Of a stretch of 64,000 bases of DNA, positions 57,261 to 64,000 are shown piece by piece. Where the stretch lies: the NCBI GenBank assembly GCA_013329045.1, contig DUKZ01000002.1, forward strand, positions 30,662 to 94,661, read 5' to 3'. This stretch comes from Candidatus Woesearchaeota archaeon. GTDB lineage: Archaea > Nanobdellota > Nanobdellia > Woesearchaeales > UBA9989. The translations under genes were made by a program, and so were the position numbers. Within the stretch, counting starts at the first letter, position 1; the number at the start of each line of letters is the position of its first letter. Below the pieces are notes generated by a model that saw only the letters and a program-made list of their open reading frames with translations, was not told the origin of the DNA and did not search any database.

Positions 57261-58153
57261 GCAAGATCAATCCTCCCAAAGAGCCCTCGCGGACGAAAGA
57301 GGACGATGCTAATGAGGATGAGCGCATAGAGCATTTGTCTCACCGGTCCTAGCACTGATGAGGGGAGATGGAAAAATCTGAGCAGTTCTGGGATGAGGAT
57401 GATGAGGAACGTTGCAACGACGCTGCCTTTGAGCGAGGCAATTCCCCCCACAATGACAATGGTGAGCATCAGGATAATTTCTCCCAGCATGAACGATCCA
57501 GGATCTATATAAGTAATGTAGTGTGCATATACTGACCCGGCAATCCCTGCAAAAAATGCTGAGATCATCATCGCCTTGCATTTTAATGCGAACGTGTTTT
57601 TGCCAAGCACCCGAAGGCCAAGCTCGTCATCTCTGGTAGCTTCCAGGAGCCTGCCAAAGGGGCTTTGGATGATAAAGAAGATGAATAAGACAACAAGAAG
57701 GGCGATGAAGCCGGCAAAGAGGAGGTAAGCTTCGCCTGATGTGATCACATAGCCAAAGAGTTCTGGCTTGGGAATGCCTGGCAGTCCAAGCGGACCTCTG
57801 GTGAGTGAGCCCCAGTTGATCAGGACGGAATACACAACATAGCTAAAGCCAAGGGTGGTAAGGGCAAGATAGTCCCCTTTGAGTTTTTTTGTGGCAAGAA
57901 CCAGCAGATAGCCAAAGATCCCGGCAACGATGCCAGAGGAGAAGAAAGCAGTGATGAATGGTACTCCTGCCTTGACAAGCAATGCCGACGTATACGCTCC
58001 AATGCCAAAAAAGGCGACATGCCCTAAATTCAAAAGCCCGGTATACCCAAGCGCAAGGTTCAAACTGACAACAAGGATGATATAGATACCCACAAAGATG
58101 AGCAGGTGGATAAGGTAAGGATTAATCATGGGACGCCCCCTTCTCCCTGCCAA
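57257..58153 (-). CDS. livM: Branched-chain amino acid ABC transporter permease (LivM-like)
   Basis: Polytopic; ATGA-type overlaps with neighbours; typical Liv operon order. Confidence 0.8.
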   Translation of the reverse strand: MAGRRGRPMINPYLIHLLIFVGIYIILVVSLNLALGYTGLLNLGHVAFFGIGAYTSALLVKAGVPFITAFFSSGIVAGIFGYLLVLATKKLKGDYLALTTLGFSYVVYSVLINWGSLTRGPLGLPGIPKPELFGYVITSGEAYLLFAGFIALLVVLFIFFIIQSPFGRLLEATRDDELGLRVLGKNTFALKCKAMMISAFFAGIAGSVYAHYITYIDPGSFMLGEIILMLTIVIVGGIASLKGSVVATFLIILIPELLRFFHLPSSVLGPVRQMLYALILISIVLFRPRGLFGRIDLA

Positions 58154-59003
58154 ACATCCCAGAGGGCCTAAAGAGCAAGAACAAGAACAGCAGGATAAAT
58201 GCTATCGCATCCTTATACCCTGAGGGCAAATACCAGATGCCAAAATTCTCTGCAAAACCAAGAAGGTAACTTCCAAGTGCTGCTGCAGGAACTGATCCAA
58301 CGCCCCCAATAACTGCTCCCGTAAATCCTTTTATCATCAGTGAGGTTCCCATGGTGGGTTCAAGGTTTTGTTCAAGCCCGATAAGAATGCCGGCAATGCC
58401 GGCAAGGTAGGATCCTATGAGAAAAGAATATTTAGAAACTTTAACGTGATCAATGCCAATAATACTAGAGAGTTCAGGATTATCTGCAACAGCCCGCATA
58501 TTTCTCCCAAGGATTGTTTTATACATGAGAAAGGAAAGAACCCCAAGAAGGATTATGCTGGAGAGAATTATAGTTAGTTGGAGAGGTGTAATAACAGCCC
58601 CGAGAAGATCCATTCCTCTTGCTATTTTGATGTATCCAATTGATTTAACACTGGCCCCAAAAATGAGCTGGATAAGGTTTTCAATAAAAATGAGTACTCC
58701 AATGCTTGCAATTAAAAGAACAATGTTTGACGCCTTCCGTTTTTGCAGGGGAAGATACAAATAATAGTATGTCGAGAGGCCCAGCATCCCAGCAAGGCAG
58801 ATAGAAACAAAGCTAGCAGCAAAAAAGGGAATTCCTAGCACTTGAAACAATTGGTACAAAAGATACCCTGCAGCAACAATGGTAGTCCCATGTGCAAAAT
58901 GCATGAACCGATTCGTTGTATAGATCAATGAAAACCCGCATGCAACGAGTGCATAGATTGACCCCGCAATGAGGGAATTCATGACTAATTGTGACATTAC
59001 CAT
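58122..59003 (-). CDS. livH: Branched-chain amino acid ABC transporter permease (LivH-like)
   Basis: Polytopic membrane protein preceding LivM. Confidence 0.8.
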   Translation of the reverse strand: MVMSQLVMNSLIAGSIYALVACGFSLIYTTNRFMHFAHGTTIVAAGYLLYQLFQVLGIPFFAASFVSICLAGMLGLSTYYYLYLPLQKRKASNIVLLIASIGVLIFIENLIQLIFGASVKSIGYIKIARGMDLLGAVITPLQLTIILSSIILLGVLSFLMYKTILGRNMRAVADNPELSSIIGIDHVKVSKYSFLIGSYLAGIAGILIGLEQNLEPTMGTSLMIKGFTGAVIGGVGSVPAAALGSYLLGFAENFGIWYLPSGYKDAIAFILLFLFLLFRPSGMFGREKGASHD

Positions 59004-59039
59004 CGTTTCCTCAATAAAAAAAGATAAAAGAATAAAAAA

Positions 59040-60164
59040 TTATGGTTTTATGGTAACGAACTTGCCATCTTTGACCATCCTGACAACTGCATGGGAAAGC
59101 ACGATACCGCTTTCAGGAACAGTCAAGGGCCCAAGCGCTCCCGGAAAGTCCTTGATTTTATGCAGTTCTGCAACAACTTCTGCAGTGGACGGCTTCTTTA
59201 AAGGATTTTTTCCCGCTCTTTCAAAGCCAGCCACGATCATGTTTACTTCATCATAGGCATTGGCAGTTCCAGGCGCTGGTTGTTTGCCATACGTTGAGAC
59301 ATAATCCGCGAGGAATGTATCAGTCGGGTCTGCAGCTTGGATATACCACACTCCTTCAAAGAGTTCTGGCTGTTCGGAAAATTCCACTGCTTCAATGCTC
59401 GTCACTGGCGTGTCTATATCCAACTCCTTAATCTGTTTCATGATGATCTCAATTTCAGGTGAAAACGCAAGGACAACAATAACATCAGGTCGTTCCTCCT
59501 CAATTTGGAGCAGGTATGTCTTAAAATCCTTTTCTCCATTGTTGAATATTTTGGTTGAGACAACGGAGATCTCTGTTCCTTCTACCCTATGTGAAAAGTC
59601 ATTCATGATAGCCTTTTCTCCTTGTTGGTTAAAACTGATGAATGCAACATTGTGCAAATTCCTTCTTTCAAGCTCACTAATCAATGCTCTTGTCTCTTCT
59701 TCTGGCGGCGTCCAGTGGATAAAGTTGTATTCTCCTTCTGCAACGGTTGGATCAGAGGCAACCCCAAAATGAATCACCTTGTTTGGCTGGGTAAATTGTG
59801 ACACCACATTTCCTGTGCCGGAAGAAAGGCTCAAGATGGCATCAACATGGTCGATCGTAATGAGTTTTTGTGATGCATCAGCAGCCATTTTTGGATTCAT
59901 CGCATCATCTTCAAAGACCAGTTCATATTTGTATTTAGTGGGTCCAAGGTTATGGATGGCAAGTTCCATTGCATTTCTCATCCCTTCGCCCATGAAGGCT
60001 GATCCCCCCGTAAGGGATAGAGATGCCCCAATCTTCACGACGGGTTTTTCTTTTTCCACAACAACATTTCCTGTAGGTTGATTTCCTGTTGGTTTTCCGC
60101 AGCCTGCAAGGAAAAGCAAGCTGAGCATAAATAACACTATGTATGGTCTATGTTTTTGGTTCAT
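59040..60164 (-). CDS. ABC transporter substrate-binding lipoprotein (LivJ/LivK-like, type I periplasmic-binding fold)
   Basis: Start MNQKHRPYIVLFMLSLLFLAGC with lipobox; GGGAGGGTGA SD. Confidence 0.8.
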   Translation of the reverse strand: MNQKHRPYIVLFMLSLLFLAGCGKPTGNQPTGNVVVEKEKPVVKIGASLSLTGGSAFMGEGMRNAMELAIHNLGPTKYKYELVFEDDAMNPKMAADASQKLITIDHVDAILSLSSGTGNVVSQFTQPNKVIHFGVASDPTVAEGEYNFIHWTPPEEETRALISELERRNLHNVAFISFNQQGEKAIMNDFSHRVEGTEISVVSTKIFNNGEKDFKTYLLQIEEERPDVIVVLAFSPEIEIIMKQIKELDIDTPVTSIEAVEFSEQPELFEGVWYIQAADPTDTFLADYVSTYGKQPAPGTANAYDEVNMIVAGFERAGKNPLKKPSTAEVVAELHKIKDFPGALGPLTVPESGIVLSHAVVRMVKDGKFVTIKP

Positions 60165-60300
60165 GTTCACCCTCCCAAGTTCAAACAAAAAACGCAAACA
60201 GCAATTTTTTGTATCTAGTTAGTGATTAATTTCTGACAAGTAAGAACTCCTGGTAATATATAGTTTTAGCTAATATTATATATATCATATAAATAATTCA

Positions 60301-60316
60301 AAAGATTTATATATTA
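60301..60316 (+). promoter_or_regulatory. BRE/TATA-like promoter AAAGATTTATATATTA about 20 bp upstream of ATG 60336 (leaderless-type)
   Basis: Same GAAAGATTTATATA motif recurs at 63095-63108 upstream of the ATPase gene. Confidence 0.35.
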
Positions 60317-60335
60317 TAACACATTCCCTTCGCTC

Positions 60336-61241
60336 ATGAAACGAAAGGTAGTGAAGCTGGGACCAACAACGTTGGTCGTGAGCCTCCCAAGCAAATGGGT
60401 CTCTGGCCTCAAGATTAGCCCTGGAGACGAAATTACGGTTGAAGAGAGCGGGTCTGCACTCCTGCTGAGCAAAGAAGGATCAATCACCCCAAAAGAAACA
60501 ACCATCTCACTGACAAGGCTCACGGAATCTGCCATCAGGACAGCGATCACCAATGCCTACAGGAAAGGGTTTGACAAAGTATTTGTTAAATACCAGAATG
60601 AAAAACAATTCTCCATACTCGCCAAGGTCATAAAGACAAGGTTGATTGGGTATGACATCACAAAAAAAGAGCAGGGATCATGCATTATAGAAAACCTAAC
60701 CGAACCTTCACTGGACCAGTTTGACAAGATTGTACAAAAATATCTCCACACCATTAGCGTTCTCCTGGAGGAAAGTACAGAAGCTCTAAAGTATGGAAAG
60801 ACAGTTGGTTATGAAGATGCAATCGAGGCTATCCAGCAGTATGATAACTTCTGCAAGCGGGTGATTGCAAAGCGAAAAGTAACGATGCCCGAATCAGAGT
60901 TTTATTGGACCTTTCTCACCCTCACGACCCACGGTGCCAGGGAGATCTACCATCTGCATAAGGGAATGCAAAAACAGAAAGGGAAAGTGGCCAAAGAAAC
61001 GATCAAGGTGATGGAGTCTTGCAGCGCCTTATTTGCATTGCTCAAGAAGTGTTATCTGAAAAGGGAGATAGCGCTGCTCGATGACGTGCACGAGATGGAA
61101 AAGACAGTCATCTATAAACAGGGCTATGCCGCGCTCCAAAAAAAGGATGCGGTAGTGGTGCATCATGTTCTTGCAGCAGCAAGAAACTTTTACCTGGCAG
61201 CAAGCCCGCTGCTAGGAATCCTCCTAGGAGAGCAGGATTAG
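60336..61241 (+). CDS. AbrB-like swapped-hairpin N-domain fused to PhoU-like helical domain (putative phosphate-uptake regulator family)
   Basis: N-terminal VKLGPTTLVVSLPSKWVSGLKISPGDEITVEE AbrB/SpoVT pattern; remainder helical. Confidence 0.4.
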   Translation: MKRKVVKLGPTTLVVSLPSKWVSGLKISPGDEITVEESGSALLLSKEGSITPKETTISLTRLTESAIRTAITNAYRKGFDKVFVKYQNEKQFSILAKVIKTRLIGYDITKKEQGSCIIENLTEPSLDQFDKIVQKYLHTISVLLEESTEALKYGKTVGYEDAIEAIQQYDNFCKRVIAKRKVTMPESEFYWTFLTLTTHGAREIYHLHKGMQKQKGKVAKETIKVMESCSALFALLKKCYLKREIALLDDVHEMEKTVIYKQGYAALQKKDAVVVHHVLAAARNFYLAASPLLGILLGEQD

Positions 61242-62833
61242 TGAGGGTCTCTGAGGAATATTGAAAAAGTGCCCCCATCATATCCCACGCCAGGTCCAAC
61301 GAGCACATTGTAAACAATATTTTTTCTGAGAGTATCAACATCCCGGAATGCCTCGGGCAATTCTTGTCGTGAATAGAGCCAGTTGGTCTCGGGAAGGTCA
61401 TAGTAGAGTTCGACGCCACTGGCAACTGAACCGCTCTGGCGTACAAGGTTCGCTAGCCTCCTGGCTCCCCAGTCAAGGTTTATTCTGGGTTCACAAAGAG
61501 TTTTATTCCCTTTAGTGTTTATTGCGATTGGATCCAAATAACAAATGTTTTGTCCATTTGCTATTTCTGACGCTAAGAATACTGAATGGCCAAAATATTT
61601 ATTGACCAGGATCATGTTGCGAAGAACATCGGAGGGGATATGATAGGTTCTCCCTATCTCGGCGATGCAGTCATCATAGTAAGGAAATTGTTCAACACCT
61701 GGATTATCCACGAGGTATGCAAGGCCTATGCGGTAGCCTCCCTTGATCGCAGACAATAATTGTTCTTCATTTGCTCTGTTCATTTCCTCGAGTTCAGCAT
61801 GCCCTTCAAGGTACTTGGCAAAACCATAAGTCCCAAGTAGGCCAGCTGCGCCCAGCCCGGCAACTGTTGTAACAAAACTCCTTCGGGAGACAAAATTTTT
61901 TGGTTTTTTGTGATTATATTCACCCTGGAATGAGCTTACAGAATCATAGGTTGACTCAAACGTGAGCAGTTTTTCAAGGAATCGCCATCGTTTTGGCAGC
62001 GCCCGCATGCTTCTTCGTAGATCCCTCTCATGATCTCTTGGTGTGATATGTTGCACTTTTCCTCTTTGCGTCTGGATGAGGAGCGGCTGGCTGCCTGAGG
62101 GAAGATCAACAAGAACTCCGTTTCCATCAGCGATTGCTCGATAAGAAAACGGCAGCTTGCCTGTCAAGGCATAGTACATCGTCGCCCCAAGTGAAAAAAG
62201 CTCTGTTCCAACGGTCGTTTTGGTCGGCTCATGGCCAAGGAGTCCATTGAGCAGGAGAGGGGATGCTATCCCGCCCCTGGTGGGGAGAAGCTTTGACGTT
62301 ATTTCATCGAGTGGCCTGGTATTCTGAAGGTCGGTGAGCTTCACTTCTCCTGTCTTTTTGTTGTAGAGAATATTTGATGGCTTGATGTCCCTATGCAAAA
62401 CTTGTTTTTCCTCAGCCAGGTAGCTGATGGCAGCAATGACTTGTTCAAAGACAGTCAGGAATGTTTGATCATCGAGCAAACCCTCTTCTGCGATGATGTC
62501 TTCGAGCGATCGTGCTTCAAAATATTCCTCTACGTTAAGGTGGGCTCCCTGGAGAGTAACTGGAGGATGGAGCCGGACAAGGTTTGGATGGCGAAATTCG
62601 CATCCTTGCTCGACCTCATTTGCATCGACGCCTCTTCCATAGGTGTTGATTTCTGTCTGGACTGATACTGGATCATGCGGTTTTGGGAACTTGATCACCC
62701 GGACATCCCGATACGGCCCTTCTTCAAACATCGCTGTATAGGCAACCCTCGTCTGCCCTTCTCCAAGGTAATCTAAGACGCGATACCCCTGGGCTGCCAG
62801 TTCCTCTGTCACAGCATCATCAATTGGCTCCAT
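61238..62833 (-). CDS. Transmembrane Hanks-type Ser/Thr protein kinase with C-terminal extracytoplasmic domain
   Basis: Catalytic loop HRDIKPSNIL, DLQ (DFG-like), one TM segment (FVTTVAGLGAAGLLGTYGF) then about 200-aa domain. Confidence 0.8.
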   Translation of the reverse strand: MEPIDDAVTEELAAQGYRVLDYLGEGQTRVAYTAMFEEGPYRDVRVIKFPKPHDPVSVQTEINTYGRGVDANEVEQGCEFRHPNLVRLHPPVTLQGAHLNVEEYFEARSLEDIIAEEGLLDDQTFLTVFEQVIAAISYLAEEKQVLHRDIKPSNILYNKKTGEVKLTDLQNTRPLDEITSKLLPTRGGIASPLLLNGLLGHEPTKTTVGTELFSLGATMYYALTGKLPFSYRAIADGNGVLVDLPSGSQPLLIQTQRGKVQHITPRDHERDLRRSMRALPKRWRFLEKLLTFESTYDSVSSFQGEYNHKKPKNFVSRRSFVTTVAGLGAAGLLGTYGFAKYLEGHAELEEMNRANEEQLLSAIKGGYRIGLAYLVDNPGVEQFPYYDDCIAEIGRTYHIPSDVLRNMILVNKYFGHSVFLASEIANGQNICYLDPIAINTKGNKTLCEPRINLDWGARRLANLVRQSGSVASGVELYYDLPETNWLYSRQELPEAFRDVDTLRKNIVYNVLVGPGVGYDGGTFSIFLRDPH

Positions 62834-62996
62834 CTTCTGCCTCCTTGACGATTCTCATGCTGAGCTGGACAACAGTTCCAGGAGAGAGCTCTTTCTCAAG
62901 AAGCTTCGGAATGACAATGACTGCTTGTCTTCCATGTTTTGCCACCCGTTTTGTGATGATGATTGGTTCCATTTTGGCCTTATAATGTGGTTCCAT
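62820..62996 (-). CDS. Small AbrB/SpoVT-like DNA-binding protein (58 aa), not in ORF track, translationally coupled to the kinase
   Basis: Translation MEPHYKAKMEPIIITKRVAKHGRQAVIVIPKLLEKELSPGTVVQLSMRIVKEAEDGAN; stop TGA overlaps kinase ATG (ATGGAGCCAATTGA). Confidence 0.45.
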   Translation of the reverse strand: MEPHYKAKMEPIIITKRVAKHGRQAVIVIPKLLEKELSPGTVVQLSMRIVKEAEDGAN

Positions 62997-63094
62997 ACTG
63001 CTCTTGCATGATGTATGCCTGATACATATGGGGCCTGGTTTAAATACTTTTCGTTACTAAACAGTAGCAATTATATTGGGTATGGCAAAATTCG

Positions 63095-63108
63095 AAAGAT
63101 TTATATAC
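63095..63108 (+). promoter_or_regulatory. BRE/TATA-like promoter GAAAGATTTATATA upstream of ATPase gene
   Basis: 45 bp upstream of ATG 63153. Confidence 0.3.
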
Positions 63109-63152
63109 AACATTAGTTTGTTAATGTTATAACATTATCATATTAATATAAG

Positions 63153-64000
63153 ATGGAAAACAGAACCTTTTACGACAGAAAACAAGAGCTCAATTTGCTA
63201 AAAGAAGAATTTGCTAATTTGCAATCTGGCAAAATGTTCGTTGTATATGGCAGACGAAGAGTAGGTAAAACAGAGCTAATAAGACAGTTCATCGGGTCAA
63301 TTCCTAAGAACAAGATGTATTTCTATGTGGATTTAGTTGAAAAACAAGGGATACTAGACTCTCTTTCAAAAACAGTGCAGGAACAATTGGGCGAGACAAG
63401 AAAGTTTGCAGATTTCAATGATTTTCTGGATTTCATCGCGTTAAAGTCGGATAATGGATTTGTTTTTGTGATTGATGAGTTTCAAAGATTCCTGGAGATC
63501 TCACCCCAGTTCATAACACAATTGCAGAATTGTTGGGATCAGAGATTAAAGGATAAGAAGATAATGCTGATATTGGTTGGTTCATCAATCGGGATGATAC
63601 AAAAGATAACGGGTAGCAAAGCAGGAGCATTATATGGGAGAGCAACAAGAATAAAGATATCTCCTTTCAAATATGGGGAGTTTAGATTAATGTTTAAAGA
63701 ATTAAGTGAAGAAGAAAGAATAGTCACCTACTCAGTATTTGGCGGAACACCCTACTATCTCGAAAAAGTGAAAAAAATTGATGGGGACATACACAAAAGA
63801 ATATTTGAGCTATTACTAAAAAAAAGTGCAGAACTATTTGAAGAGCCAAAAAATTTGTTAGAATATGAGAACGTAAGAGTGCACGCTAAATACAATTCCA
63901 TCCTGCAGGCAGCGTCTGCAGGCAAAGAAAATGTCAAGGAGATGCAAGATTTTACAGGGATTGACGCAAATACCCTGCCTGCATATATCAAAAGACTCGA
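63153..64000 (+). CDS. Archaeal ATPase (Arch_ATPase/DUF234 family), 3'-truncated by window end
   Basis: FYDRKQELNLLKEEF...MFVVYGRRRVGKTELIRQF (P-loop), VIDEFQ (Walker B-like DExx); ORF runs off window. Confidence 0.6.
   Translation, partial: MENRTFYDRKQELNLLKEEFANLQSGKMFVVYGRRRVGKTELIRQFIGSIPKNKMYFYVDLVEKQGILDSLSKTVQEQLGETRKFADFNDFLDFIALKSDNGFVFVIDEFQRFLEISPQFITQLQNCWDQRLKDKKIMLILVGSSIGMIQKITGSKAGALYGRATRIKISPFKYGEFRLMFKELSEEERIVTYSVFGGTPYYLEKVKKIDGDIHKRIFELLLKKSAELFEEPKNLLEYENVRVHAKYNSILQAASAGKENVKEMQDFTGIDANTLPAYIKRL

Overview
This window looks like archaeal chromosomal DNA, probably from a methanogen-related euryarchaeon, and the coding calls below rest mainly on reading conserved sequence motifs.

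**Lineage evidence**
- Archaeal markers: two intron-containing tRNA genes, the archaea-specific gatD plus a gatE-like gene, a Cdc48/VAT AAA+ ATPase, TrmB- and Lrp-family regulators and a DUF234-type archaeal ATPase.
- Archaeal expression signals: BRE/TATA-like promoter motifs about 25-45 bp upstream of starts, oligo-T terminators, and GGAGGTGA-type Shine-Dalgarno sites.
- Bacterial-type genes are mixed in: groES-groEL, adenylate kinase and a livKHMGF-type ABC operon.

**Recognisable housekeeping genes**
- A bicistronic groES-groEL with its own BRE/TATA promoter.
- DJ-1/PfpI, a phosphohexomutase, a Dus tRNA-dihydrouridine synthase, a Nudix hydrolase and endonuclease V.
- A Cdc48/VAT AAA+ ATPase with an unusual insertion of about 125 aa in D1.
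- TruD, a fold-III PLP decarboxylase, adenylate kinase, an ABC-2 exporter pair, a VKOR-family protein, the LplA catalytic subunit and a transmembrane Hanks-type Ser/Thr kinase.

**Accessory content**
- Three toxin-antitoxin modules: two HEPN/nucleotidyltransferase pairs and one VapBC pair.
- A standalone Cas4-like nuclease.
- A GlnD-like NTase-HD-ACT-ACT protein whose HD motif is degenerate.
- A gamma-glutamyl ligase (GCS2) plus class-II amidotransferase pair.
- A Lys/Ala-rich histone-H1-like basic protein.
- A structured 85-nt inverted-repeat element.

**Two clusters of uncharacterised genes are the best candidates for new biology**
- A run of about 10.6 kb (3395-13990): eleven same-strand, translationally coupled genes with repeated ATGA stop/start overlaps. 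It encodes a wHTH/NTase-like protein, two paralogous polytopic membrane proteins, a 780-aa secreted/membrane protein, a His-rich protein, a beta-rich protein, a TM-anchored helical protein and a PAC2-like chaperone. A 460-bp AT-rich repeat-bearing region lies upstream and groESL lies downstream.
- A TrmB-regulator-led operon of three tandem paralogous proteins of unknown function (51757-54264), next to a HepT/MntA module and an intron-bearing tRNA.

No CRISPR array, transposase or rRNA was found. All protein-family calls are untested by database search.
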